DNA of 64,000 nucleotides from Pocillopora damicornis (taxonomy: Eukaryota). Position numbers and translations under genes: made by a program. Location of the stretch: the NCBI RefSeq assembly GCF_003704095.1, contig NW_020843402.1:124001-188000 (forward strand). Reading direction: 5' to 3'. This document shows positions 28,101 to 41,500 of the stretch, piece after piece. The notes below the pieces were generated by a model that had not been told where the DNA came from, made no database searches, and was given only the letters and a program-made list of their open reading frames with translations. Every line of letters begins with the position of its first letter. Positions within the stretch are counted from its first letter, which is position 1.

Positions 28101-31100
28101 AAGTCTACCCTGTGGACTTCTACGAGAATTATCCACCAGGAACATTTGTCACCATGGTTACTGCTACCGATTTAGACTCTGGTGATTACGCCCGTGTCAG
28201 GTATTCCATTGACGACGTAGACGCCGCTGAGAAGTTCATGATTGATGGCGAAACAGGAATGATTTACAGTAAGATTAGTTTTGATCGCGAGAATTCATCA
28301 GAAGCTTTTTCGTCAATTCCCGTTCGAGCCTCTGATGGAGGAGGACGGTTTGGGTTCTGCACTGTACAGGTACGTGAGCGAAGTTGTGATGCCCTTCTTG
28401 TTATTATGACTCCATTGAATCTAGAAATTCAGCTGTATTTAAAATGTTATGATTGCTCTACCTTTAAAGAATATTCGCACAGTATCCTATTGGAGGCAGT
28501 GGACGCCATCATCATTTATTAACCTAATTTCTTTAACATTTTTCCTTGCTTTCATGATTTTTCCAATATTTACGCACAATTTTATTCACTTTGAATCGTC
28601 GATGACCCTAAGCTAACGTCGAAACGTCGTCGTTGCTCATTAAGATAAAGGTAATATTAACTGAACCAATTCTTTACAGGTTAACGTCCTTGATGAGAAT
28701 GATAACCAACCAAAGTTTGAGCTTCCGCTGTACGAGGTGACAATCCACAGTTCAACCCCAGTTGGAACTTCCATCTTGATGACGTCAGCAAATGACGCTG
28801 ACACCGGAAGTAATGGTGCCTTATCATACGTCATCCTTGGTCACCAGACCCCACCCGTGTTTGAAGTCGAAAAGGACTCGGGATTCATAAAAATTTCTCG
28901 GCAGCCCGAAACGAAGACCTACATGTTCCACGTATTAGTCAAAGACGGCGGATTTCCATATTTACGTAACACGGTGAAAGTGTCGGTGAACGTGCTAAGG
29001 AAGAACGCCAAGATTTTACAATTTGAAAAGTCAGTGTACAGAATCCTTGTGCCCGAAGACCTGAACACCGACGGTATCATAACGACTTTAAGAACCTTAC
29101 TTCCAGGCAGCACACGTCCACGAGTTGGGTTCCAAATAATTCCTGGGAATTCGCCATCATCGAAGGGAGATCACTTCAGTATTGATGCTAGCGGTCAGAT
29201 TAAACTCAAGCGGCGTTTGGATTACGAGACATTGAAAAGATACGTTTTAGTCATCGAGGCTAATTCCTCAGAAATATCTCAAGTCGCACGAACTGTGGTA
29301 ATTGTGTCAGTGACAGACGTGAATGATAACAAGCCTCATTTCGTGGCCAATCCTTACAGGGTCAGTATCCCAGAAAATATGATGGTCAAATCAAAGGTCT
29401 TGAGAGTTTTTGCCGAGGATTTAGACGACTTCCAAAATGGAAAAATATTGTACGATTTTGGAACTAAAACAAATTTGTTTGCTATTGATCAGCACACTGG
29501 CTGGATAACAACAGCAGCACCAATCGATCGCGAAGTCGCAAACTCTCTTGTGCTGAGAGTCCGCGCCACCGACAAAGGCGAGGTCACACAGCTGTCAGGT
29601 TATACAGTCGTTGAAGTGACTGTGCTGGATGTTAATGACTCCCCACCTCAGTTCACTGAGGACATCTTCACATTTTCTGTTCGAGAGGACGCCCTAATTG
29701 GTCAAGAAGTCGGCACATTAACATCTTTTGACAACGATACCAATTCTGATGTATACTTCTTTATCATGTCTGGCGATCCTCAAACTAAATTTGGAATCGA
29801 GCAAAAGACTGGCAAAGTCTTCGTGCACTCTCCACTGGATCGTGAATCCGTATCGTCCTACAAGCTGAATGTAAGCTGCTCAGATGGTCTTTTCACCAGC
29901 TTCACTACTTTGATTATCACAGTCCTTGATGCTAATGACAATGTGCCAGTATGTACCCAGTCAATTTCTATTGTTCATCTCAGCGAGGACGTGAAGCCTG
30001 GTACTGAGGTAATGATAGTGGAGGCCACTGACGCGGACGCTGATGATAATGGCAAGTTGAGGTATTCCGTGTTTGGACAAGGAATGGGTTTCTTTGGAGT
30101 TGAAAACGGAACTGGTGAGTATCATATCCATATCACCAATGAATGTGCCGTGATGTTTAATGTTACAGTTTGTAGTAGCATTACGTTACTTTTTTTTTTA
30201 GTAGCTTACTGTTGCTGCATTCCTATGTCATATATTTGTTGGTTAAAGATGGCTTTACAGTCACTGCATTTGAAACAGCTGGTTTTGAGCGACTCGAGGC
30301 CTAACAATATGTCTCAGATTGGTCGCATTTGTGGGATACAAAAAAAGAGAGAGCAGGAAAATGGAGACGAAAGGTGTGGGGGGAGGGGGGGGGGAAGGAA
30401 GAGGGGAGGTGGAAGAGGTGTTTGTGGCTGGAAGAGGTTCCTGGTGAACCAACATTCCATTCAAGAGGGGCGCTGGAATGGTTCATTAGTATAACACTTT
30501 GCCGGCCCGAAAAACTTAACTTTCTTCTCTTTCATTCTCTCACTAGGTCGTCTTGTAACTGCCAAGTTATTAGACCGCGAGGTACAGGAAATGTACAATT
30601 TCATGGTGTCAGCGGAGGATCGCGGAGGACAGGCGTGTTTTAGTAACATAACGGTCCTTCTTGACGATGTGAATGACAATGGACCTGTTTTTAGTCAGTC
30701 AGAATACCGAAAGGCTGTATACGAGGACGCCCGTAGAAATAAAGTGCTTCTGCAGGTGAGGGCAGACGATTCCGACTTGGGAAAGAACAGGAAGATCTCA
30801 TATTCTTTATTGGACACGGCAGGCGATACGTTCAGTGTTGACTCCGAGACCGGTGTGATAACGCTTACGAGCGATCTTAATAGAGAGAAGCAAGCGGAGT
30901 ACGTGTTGACCGTGCAGGCCGAAGACGCAGGTGTCCCCCCTCAGTCAGAAACGTGCAATGTAGTGATTCAGGTTTTGAATATAAACGATGTTCCTCCGGA
31001 GTTTGACAAATCCAGCTACAAAGCCAATGTGAGCGAAGATGCTGCAAAAGGTACGAAGATAACAAAAATGAAGGCCATCAGCCGAGAGGCTGGACACGAA

Positions 31101-34100
31101 GAGTTCTCCTACGAGATTCTGAAAGGTCCAGATTCAGACATCTTTAAAATTGACAAGAAAACAGGAGATGTTACTTTGGAAGGAAACCTGGATTTTGAAA
31201 CAAGGAAGAGTTATTCGTTGACAATTCAGGCGAGTGATGTTGGTCCGCCAGTCCTGACTACAACTTGTTCACTGAGTGTGTTAGTCACTGATGCTAATGA
31301 TCACGTCCCTAAGTTTGGACAAGATCTTTACACCGCTAGAGTGGACGAGAACTCTGATTTGGATTCGTTTGTACTTCAAATGTTCGCCACAGACCTTGAT
31401 AGCGGTTCCAACCGAGATATCCGTTATTCCATCGTGAAAGGAAACGATGCAGATAAGTTCAAAATTGATGACATCACTGGCGTAATCAGCATCAAGGCGC
31501 ATGTCGATCATGAATCTGTCTCTCAGTACGCTCTAACAGTGCGTGCTCAGGATAAGGGGATACCTCCTTTGTCAGCAGAGACCCAAGTTGAACTTAGCAT
31601 CAACGACCTGAATGACAACCCGCCTGAATTCACTAACACAAATTTTACTGTCTCTGTCAGTGAGTTAGCCGCCATAGGTACTACTGTCATCTTTTTACGG
31701 CCTCATGACCGTGATGGTCCTGGCAATAAAGGTCCATTTACTTTCATGAAAATTAAAGGCGACGAAACGAAGTTTAAACTGGAAAGGGACGGTCTGATAA
31801 CCAAAGCAGGACCTTTGGATCATAGAGATAAGGAACACAAATTCGAGATCCGCGTGTTCGACAGTGGCGAGCCACCGATGTACACGGACAAGACACTCAC
31901 TATCATTGTAGTTGAAGGCATTTCGCATCCTCCAGTCGTGGAGCCGCTAACCGTTTACCTCAAATTGTATAGTTCGCAGTTTAACGGTGGTGTCATCGGA
32001 AGTGTCAAAGGAACTGATGCCGATGGGGACCCTCTGACGTATTCGATTGTTGCGCCTCGTTCTGGTAGCCCCTTCACGATAACAAACAGTGGAGTGATCA
32101 GTGCCACTTCTAACGTTCCAAGTCGAATCTACAATCTGAATGCCAGTGTATCCGATGGCAAGTACCTCACTTATGTTCCAGTGAAAATTGTTGTGTCAGA
32201 TATAACTGAAGACATCCTGCGACATTCCCTGACTCTGCGCCTGTCGGCTCTTAGCCCGGGAACATTCGTGGAGAGGAACCTGGGCAAGTGCAGAGACTAC
32301 TTGGGATTCCTGCTTAATGTTCCTGCTGAGAATGTCCATATATGGAGCCTGCAATCTTCTGACACAAGTTTGGATGTTGTATTCGCTGTTATGAAGCGAG
32401 TCAAGGTAGGACTTACCTCTATGACGAAGGGAATTCGATTGAGCAAATTTTTCGTGGAATGAATTTTAAAACATCTATATTTTGATATCGACGGAGAATC
32501 GAAGGTCATTTAAAGCCTAAACAAGGGCTTCTTATTAAATTCGAGTTTTAGGTGTCGAAATTGTTCGATCTATGTATGATTTCACGTCAAAAGTCATTTG
32601 GAACAGCATTGGTTTCCCATTTCTTCGCTCTGTGATTAATCTCGCGCCATCCTCTCAATTAATTATATACAAAACTAAAAGAAATTGCGACTTGCTTTTT
32701 TCACATCAATGCCGTACATGACGAACTGTGCTTGTTTTTACTTTAAGTTCTCATTGGCTACTTGTAATTTTTATCGTTGTTCTGATTGGTGGAAGTGCTT
32801 CCTGTTCATTTTGATGATGTGATTTCTCACTGTTCCTCTTCAGGGTTTCTACGCATCTCAGCACATCGCACACAAGCTGAATTCTTCCCGTGGTGACTTC
32901 CAGAGAGTTGTAGGAGTCCAAGTAGGGTACATTGGTGTCAGCCAATGCCCTCTAATGCACTGCCCCGAAAACTACTCATGTCAGACGGTCTATAAACCAC
33001 AGAACAAGCAAATAAGAATCATGTCTGAAAGAACCACTTACACTTCTTATGAACACAGCAGAAGTCATGCTTGTATGTGTAACCGCGACGCTGGTAAGAT
33101 CATGAGGAAATTGGTCGTGTATGATTCATTTGGTCGAATTTAATATTATTGGTGGACCTTACCCTTAAAGTTTTTAACTCCCTTAGAATGAATCACTGTT
33201 TAACTACTTTTTTTCTAGTTTACTTTGAGGCTATGAGTAGGAACCTTTAAGTTTTGCATTATTTCTGCTTCTTATTTAAATCAAGGATTCTCTGTATCAT
33301 GTCAAAGTGGTAGAAATTTAGATCCCCTTTCTCCGCTGGTCACATTCTGCATTTAACTAATCGTGTGATAACTCATTCCCAGGCTGCGCAAGTGGTAAGT
33401 GTGCGTCCAATCCGTGTCCTGCTGGTTATGAGTGCGCCGACTTTCCCTTGGGGTTCCAGTGTAAGTGCGTTGATTCATCCAAGTGTCAACCTGACAAACC
33501 GGGCTGCGAAGATCAATCCTGCATAATAGGTATCTTCCACGAAATCGTACCTTTTTTCGTAAGATTAATTTCATTAAAACAGATATTTATAGCAAAACTC
33601 AAGCAAAGTCGAAAGAGACATTACAAAGAGAGCATTTAGTGATGCATTCGTTGTTTTTTTTTACAGGTAATAATGCCATATCGTTTGGAGGTGATAGTTA
33701 CATCCGCTATAAATTGAAGCAGTCATTCGATGAACCAAGCCGCTCTATTAGTCTTGCTCTCAAGACCACTGAACCTCGAGGAACACTAGTGTGGGCCGCT
33801 GGACAGTATGACTACAGTATTCTAGAGGTATGTCTTATGTGTGCTCATTAATTATATATGAACATGTCACGTTTGTCTAGAAAAAGAAATCTTTCAGAAG
33901 CAAAGGTTTCTAAATCCAACATGGGTTTGAAAAGTGTAATCTAATCGATTATATCCGTGATCTTTGTTTTTACAGATTGTGAACGGCCGTCTTCAGTTAC
34001 GCTTTGATTTTGGCAGTGGGGCCGGGGTTGTAAACTTAGACTGGGCCCGAGTGGACGATGGTAAATGGCATCACGTGGCAATCATGCGGCAAGGTAACCA

Positions 34101-34454
34101 CGCCACTTTAATTCTGGATCAGGGTCGTCACCGCGCCTGGAACAAATCTCCTGGGAAGATGAGAATACTGAATCTTGATGATAACGCGATTTACTTCGGC
34201 GCCAAAGTTGTTAAATCAAAGAGTAGGAGGGATCTCAACAATCGAGGTGAGAAGAATTGTTTACAGCTAGAAGTGCATGCTGCCCAGCAGCATAATTGAT
34301 TCATATTACTTTCAACTTTGTAACCAGGTGTTACTGTTTTCGTTCGACAGAACTTAGATATGAAATTGTGTCACTTAGAACTAACTTAAATTTTAATAAT
34401 GATGATGATAATAATAATAATAATATTGACCATAATAACAATAATAATAATAAC

Positions 34455-34485
<31 letters not shown>

Positions 34486-36613
34486 GTAGGATTTAGCAGT
34501 GGACGTTCCCCAAAGTGGCTCTTCTTTTCTTCTTCTTCTTCTCGTCCACTGTACGCATGTAAGTAAGTTGAAGTCACGTGCTTCCACGTCACTTACGCAC
34601 CCTCCTAGGAAAATTACTGCATTCTGAAGTGAAGGATTTGAGGTACAGTAATTAACTGAAAAACATTTTCTTACAGGTCATTTAGTCGAGGATGGCTTCA
34701 AAGGTTGTCTTCAAAATTTGAATTTGAACAACCAGGACCTGCCCATGTCTGGCTCAAACAGTTACGTAGCTGCCGAACCATTTAATGCGGTACCTGGCTG
34801 TCAGTTATCAGGTGGATGCCGCATCAACACCTGTCCACGTGACAGCACATGCATAGAGACCCTGACATCGAAGAAGTGCGAGTGTCTGCCTGGTCATTCA
34901 GGTTCAGATTGCCGTGCATTTGTGGACTGTGGTGCCAAGCCTTGTCAGAATGGTGGGACATGCGTCCCTCATCCAACAGACCAATACCAGTGTAGATGCA
35001 AAGACGGTTACTCAGGTACACAATGTCACATCTACACTGGTCATTGCGCCAGTGCGCCTTGCAGAAATGGCGGAAGCTGCATTCCAAGCGGCGAGAGTGG
35101 CTTTATTTGCACATGCCCAGCGGGAGTTCAAGGAAAGACTTGCGAGCAAGACACAAGGCCCTGTTCGTCTAACCCATGCGCAAACAACGCGAATTGCACC
35201 AACCATGGTGAATCTTACAAATGTCATTGTCGCGCTGGCTTTTCTGGGGAGATTTGTGATGAAGGGTATCGCTGCAGTAAAGATTCCCATTGCCAAAACG
35301 GAGGGACATGCCAAGAAAACCAGAAGAATAGTGCTGCAGTCTGCCGTTGCCTTCAGGGTTATACGGGGGCTGATTGTTCTGAAGATGTTGATGAGTGTGC
35401 CAGTTCCCCTTGCAAAAATGGAGGCGTGTGTGTGAACCAATTGGGAAACTTTGCATGTAACTGTTCTGCAAGCTCTCATGGTGGAAAACTTTGTGAGCTA
35501 GTGCTCACTAGTATTGAGGCCCGACGCGGCTGGCCATTGGGACAGACAGAAATCATTGGAATTGCTGTAGTGCTCGCAGTTATTCTGCTCATTGTATTCC
35601 TTGTTGTAATTTTCCTTCGACGTCGAGCCAAACGAAGACGAGAAAAGCGTGAACAAGCTGGAGCTGTTAGCACGTCGGTTTTGAAGGTCTCCCCACCCGT
35701 GGTAGGCTCAGAAGTCACATCTCCAGAGCCTCCCACTCCTCCCCCAAGGGAAGTCCATGGTTACAATGTAGATGATCTCGGTATGCCTCCTGGGTACGAT
35801 GCGGAGGACTCTTGGCGCAGGCGTGAGAAAGTTCGAAAGGATTTCGGGACCATGAAAACGTTGACTTCTTTATCTGATAACAATCTACCTGGCTACCAGT
35901 GGGACTACACGGACATCCCTGCTGACCTAGTTCCTAGGACTCCCTTGTCAAAAGAACATTCAGGTAGCTATAGTGGTTCCCCGGACTGTGCAACGTTTGC
36001 TCCGGAAGTACCACAGAGGCCGTCAAGTTTTAGATCTTCACAGGGTTCTCTTGATGTGCCGGAGGTTCCTAAGAGGCCAAGGAATTATAGAGTATCAGAA
36101 TCAGAGGACGGATACACAGACGTCCCGCATGTTCCTAAAAAGCCCATGGAATACACAAATCCTAAGGGTAAATCAGCCTCACGGTACTCCATGGACTCCC
36201 GCTTCTCTGAATTCTCAGATGCCACAGATCTTGATCCAGACATCTTTAAAGGGCGATTCCCACGCCCTCCAAGAGAGCCTTATCCAGAAAGTCTGGACCA
36301 ACTTCCCGTGGGATCATACGCGCCAACACTTACAGCGCGGGGCTCGGAGCTGGGAAGTGTCACGGACGGAATGTACTCAGAGGACGATCTGGAGCAGGTT
36401 TATCTTGGGAATCGAATGGAGGTGTGCGATGATTCACCGGAGAATTCCTACCTGCACTCCGAGAATTGCTCAGAAGATGAAGATGATGATTACCATCGTG
36501 ACAGATACGCCCGCGCGGCTACACCCGACCCAGAGTTCCACAAAGAATTACAAAGAGAGATCAAGGAGATGATGAACGAGCTAGAAGAGCTAAAGTTAGA
36601 ATCTGAAATCTGA
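16193..36613 (+). CDS. FAT: Fat-like protocadherin (FAT1/2/3-kugelei subfamily), ~4649 aa, 14 coding exons
   Basis: Signal peptide, then >30 cadherin repeats (LDRE/LDYE, DxNDNxP, AxDxD), EGF, one laminin-G domain, six EGF repeats, a TM helix (IIGIAVVLAVILLIVFLVVIFL) and a tail with GYQWDYTD, similar to the FAT1-3 YHWDxSDW motif. GT-AG exons: 16193-20759, 21052-21578, 22136-22339, 25189-25506, 25716-26569, 26699-27054, 27306-28369, 28680-30114, 30547-32405, 32844-33093, 33383-33529, 33667-33827, 33976-34246, 34677-36613. Total 13950 nt, phases consistent. Confidence 0.95.
34395..34485. repeat. Imperfect (AAT)n microsatellite in the last Fat intron
   Basis: About 30 AAT/GAT/AAC units are visible. 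Confidence 0.95.
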
Positions 36614-37609
36614 CAGACTAAAAACTAATATTTGATTATCGTAGTTGATGAACCTCTGTCTTGGAAGTTTTAACAATGGAATCGAAAAGAAGTAGAGTAA
36701 CTTATGAGAGAAAGGGGACCCAGTGTCTCTTGAGTTCAAAGTTCTCATCCTTATCCAGCTCTACTCATTTGGTATAAGCCACTTGTATTCTCTTAAAATC
36801 TGTGTTATGCAAACCCTTGTTTTATTTTGATCATTAAGACAATAATCCATTTTCCGGAAGCTCTTTGTTCCAACTTTTTTTGATAAAAGACATTGGAAAC
36901 CTTTCATTTCTCTACAAAGCTAGTATTTACAGTATAAAGCTAAAGAAAATTGCATTGACATTTAGAAATTGAAGATTTTATTAGAGGTTAAGGTTTAAGA
37001 ATCTGTTGACATAGACTTGCAAAGTTTGAAATATGTTGGATAACAATGTCGGTTTTAAAAGTTTTCTTGCGAAGAGACAGAATTTATAGTCCGCTTTACC
37101 TTGAGGCTGACAAGATTATTCAAATTTACATCAAATGATTAGAACTTTTATTTTGAATTTCATAGAAATGCTCTTTTGAAGGAGTTAAATTATATTTTGA
37201 TAATTTTTTACAGTTTTTTTAATCGAAATTTTTAGATTTGCATATGTTTCGCCGGGCGATTTTTTTCGATCTTGTTTAAAATATTTAAAATCTTTTACTA
37301 TACAAACGATTAGGCATGTTTCCGAGATTATAACTTGTAAAATGTTATTTATCAGATTGTAAGTAATCGAAGAGCAAACTAGGTAAGAAACACAATCTGT
37401 GAGTCTGCCACAAGATGTAATTTATTTTTATATGCTCTTCTTACTGACAGCTATTGACTTGGAGTCAAATTAGTATCTTTCATAAAGAAATTTTTACTCT
37501 TTTTAAGTCTTTAAGCTTTGTAATAAACTTTTCAAAATACTGGCTCGAGTTCGTTAGTGTTGGACTCTCCCTCCCTCCCCAATCCTTCACCTTGTCGAGA
37601 AAAGATGAT

Positions 37610-37890
37610 GGAGCGCATTTCATTTACCAATAAGTGTCGTAAGACCAAACGAAGTAATAATGACCAATCGGACTGAAGGAAAATGTATCAAGCAGTCAAT
37701 GAGAATTAAACGTAGAAACGAGCAAATTGCTCGAATTGCGGGAAAAACGCAAATGACCAGATCGCGATTGGTTTTGGTTTTGCATTTGATTGGTGGAGAG
37801 GCGCGAATCTATTAGACCAATCACAGACCACTGTGAAGGGAAACCAGTGCAATCCTGGATTTCATTTGACAGTCAATTGAAATGTTCTGG
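37610..37890 (+). mobile_element. Diverged coral-type MITE (CCAATC/GATTGG-rich family)
   Basis: Matches from memory a common scleractinian repeat (GCGGGAAAA...CGATTGGTTTTGGTTTT...GATTGG...GGCGCGA...CCAATCA). Related decayed copies lie in the opposite orientation near 32590-32800 and 47940-48060. Confidence 0.6.
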
Positions 37891-37998
37891 TTTCTAACAA
37901 CAAAATAATTCGACGAAAAATGCGGGTAGGATGCTAATAAAGGAGGACTTTGAAAGGAGACAAAATATTCAAACAAGAGACAACTATAAGACTTATAC

Positions 37999-38236
37999 CT
38001 TAACATAACAGAGGCTGTAGACAACGAAGCTTTCATCTCATCTTTTCTCTGATCACATGGCTAAGGTTGCTTGAAAGTCCCAGTCGTAAAAGGTTTTCTT
38101 ATATCAAACTAGAACTGCAATTAAACCTGACCTGTTGCCATTCGTCAACTGTTACTGAGTTTAAGCTCCCATTCCACCGTCGCTTGTCCACCAGCCAAGG
38201 CGCCTTGTTTCTCTTTGACCCACTCATCCGTGGCAT
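37999..38236 (-). CDS. Candidate first two coding exons of an unidentified minus-strand gene
   Basis: ATG at 38236 with an in-frame upstream stop. Exon 38236-38132 (MPRMSGSKRNKAPWLVDKRRWNGSLNSVTVDEWQQ, CAG|gtcagg), a 71-nt intron, then exon 38060-37999 in frame (PCDQRKDEMKASLSTASVML, AAG|gtataa). Divergent from the Deg start at 38514. Confidence 0.4.
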
Positions 38237-38513
38237 TTCTCAATTACTTCAGCTTATAATGTTATTCTCTTTAAATGTAATCAGTTGTAGGGAGATCCCT
38301 TGTTAAAACAACTTTCTAGAGCTCCGCAGAATGTAGCGAACGATATTAGATGAGATTGACCTGTTGTGATTACTGAGAGGAGACTGGTACTATATACCAC
38401 AATTCCTTGCGCAGGGGGGGCTTGGAATGTTTCGATCTTGTCGTTCAACTCTGACGTTTTAAGTCTTGAAATTCTTCTCGATCGGGTGACCGCTTGAATA
38501 TTCTAACGGCAAG

Positions 38514-41500
38514 ATGGGTGATAAGCATTTTGGCTCACATTTGAAGACCAGCGAAAAGGTTTGTTGCGCCACCCAATTTGTTTTGATGCTAATAAGAATG
38601 TCATGAAAAGAGTGAAAAAGTTGCCAAAAATCTACGCATATATGTGTTGTGTTCGAGTCGTCGAAAATGATCGCTTTTTTCAAGTGTTTAATTTCGTTCT
38701 GGAAAGCATAATATTCTAAATCGCAGCATGTGAACAATGTGTCTCAGTTAGTACTGTTTTGCGTTGATTGATGTTAAAATTCCTTGACGGAATTAAAACT
38801 AACTCCTCCATGATCTCTAAATCGAATAAAGATCTAATGAGTTCATAAATTTTAAACAATTTTATTGTCCTTCATTCAAAACAAGAATTTGAGAATAACT
38901 CAAATGAATCGATCTCTATAATAAGCTATTTTTGCACATTGTATGTCTTTTCACAGATTTTAAATTGATTGCATTTATGATCGTGGCTTTATCTTGTTCA
39001 TTACAATACACGGCCCAAATGAGACCTTATTTTTGTAGCAGGAAGTACAAGGTTAACATCACCTGTAATATATGTACCTGTAGAGGAACTACTAGGGATT
39101 AGAGTGTTTCATTTAGTTATTTATTCGCACTAAAAAAATACATGGGCAAGGCTACTCTATTCTATGACGTAACACCTCCCAAATCGTACCCTACATTACA
39201 AGATCCACAAACTGTACCTTTTCTTATTTTCTATTTTCATATGCAAAAAAATCCCTCTTAATGCCAGAGGGATTTTTTTGCATATGTACCTGTATATTCT
39301 TTGCATATACTATATGCTGAATAGATGACAGTTGGCAACTGGAATCATAACTCTGTATTCTTAATTAGTTGTTTCTTCTTGTGGCATGCATTTTCCTCAG
39401 GTGTTGAAATCAGTGGTGAAACTGTTTGTTCAGATTTCAACTCCAAACTATAGCATGCCCTGGCAGATGAAGCGGCAGCAGCAGGTTTTTGGATCAGGGT
39501 TTGTGATTTCTCGCAGGAGAATTCTCACCAATGGACATGTAGTAGCTTATCAGAAGTCAGTAAGTAAACAAATACATTAAATTACTTTTGTTCTGAAAAT
39601 TTAAACTTCCAATGAAAGTAGGGAATGTCTTATCAGGAATGAGGCACTGCAGCAACTTTGTAGTCTGGTGGCTCTGACCTTCATGACCAATTCTGGTTGT
39701 CTGCTGAGTGGAAAGGAAGCATTTCGGGATTATTTTGTATCCCTGGTCTTCAGCATTCATGTTACAACAGCTTATTTAATTTTTAACAGTTAGCTTCCTT
39801 TATTTTTCAGGTGCGAGTTCGTAAGCATGGAGATGCTAAGAAATACAATGCTCATGTGATTCATGTTGGCCATGAGTGTGACATTGCCATGGTAACTATT
39901 TGAAACTACTTTTAGATCTTCCGATATAAACTATAGAACTTCAAGTAATGACATGGGACGTGTAAGTAGACATATCACAAGACATTAAAACTGTTTCATT
40001 GTAAACAGTCCATTCAATCTTTTATTTTCTTAAAGCTGGGTGTAACAGATGAAACCTTCTGGGAGGATCTGTGCCCCCTGGAATTTGGTGAGATACCTGC
40101 ACTTGAAGAAGATGTGGTTTGTGTTGGTTTTCCAACTGGTGGAGATAATATTAGTGTCACGCGAGGAGTTGTCTCTAGAGTGGAAATTCAGCGTTATGCA
40201 CACTCTGCAGTGGAACTTTTGGCTATACAGGTTAGAACTGTGTATATTAAGTGTTGATTATGTGATGGGGTATAAATGTGTTTGCCTCTCCATGATTTTT
40301 GAACTATTTAATAAGCCTTTAGTCCCAGTAATCTTGCTCAGTTCCTTCCAGAAGTTTGAAAATTGAAGAATTTAAGAATTCAACTTAATTATCTCAACGA
40401 TCAGTCAGTGGGCCTCTCTATATGTGACCATCATTTAACCTTTAGACATTTCATAAGGCCCCCTAGACTTTATAGTATTAGAAAATTAATATTTGAATAA
40501 GATCTTCTTATTTCTGATGCAAGAGTTATCTAAGGTTGTTTGTTACTATGGACAGATTGATGCAGCAATAAACAGTGGTAACAGTGGTGGGCCTGCCCTT
40601 CAGGATGACAGAGTGATTGGAATTGCTTTTGAGACACTGGATAATGCTGAAAACATTGGATATATTATACCTGTAAGTCATTCATACTATCTAATTTACT
40701 CAAATTACTTTGTTCCTTGTGGTGAATAGAATGTGTAAAGAACATGTTGCATTTAAAACTCAATTTATGACAAATAACAACTTTTCAGGTAACAGTAATA
40801 AAACATTTCCTGGGAGATATTGAGAAAAGCAACACATACAATGGTTTCTGTCGACTGGGAATCAAATGGCAGCCAATTGAAAGTGAACACATGCGGAATT
40901 ACTTTCAGCTGTCAGCAGAACAGACAGGGGTCCTTGTTACAAAAGTCCTTCCTTTGTTCAGCTGCAGCGGCGTGCTGAAACGAGGAGATGTCCTTATGGC
41001 AGTGAATGACGAAGTGATTGCAGACAATGGAACAGTGAGTAACTTGTCATAACTTATGAGATTCTTTTATTGAGATCCTGTAATAATCAACAATGTATTG
41101 CCCAAAACACAAGATAAGTGTATAGAAGAGAAAACCAGCACCATGTAGGCCTGTCGTGGAACACATTTGCCAGCCTCTTGACAGGATTTTAATATCTTGA
41201 GGGTTTATAGTTTATGGATATTATGAGGCCCAGAATCAATCCAAGTTGAAAGCAATTGTGGTTAAATTCAACCCTACATGGCCAATGCAAGCAATAACGG
41301 TTTATGCTTCTATTTATTAATTTTTATTTTCCTCTCTTAAAGCCAGCGGACCAAGGCTATAACATAGAAGGTTTATTTTGATTTGATCCTTCATACTCAA
41401 GATCTGATTATGAATTCTCCTTTTAATGTTCTACACAATTCCTTGTCAATTAGTTGGGAGAATTTGGTGGTACATTACTTATCACAATACTACCCACTAT

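Noticed and set aside
33530-33666. Fat intron beginning GTATCTTCC as a U12 candidate
   Set aside because: No TCCTTAAC-like branch, and it has a normal T-rich tract, so U2-type.
34296-34592. Poly-N/I/Y ORFs
   Set aside because: They are translations of the (AAT)n microsatellite.
34824-36572. Long alternative-frame and antisense ORFs (173, 155, 199 aa) over the last Fat exon
   Set aside because: Shadow ORFs of a GC-richer coding exon, with no recognisable motifs.
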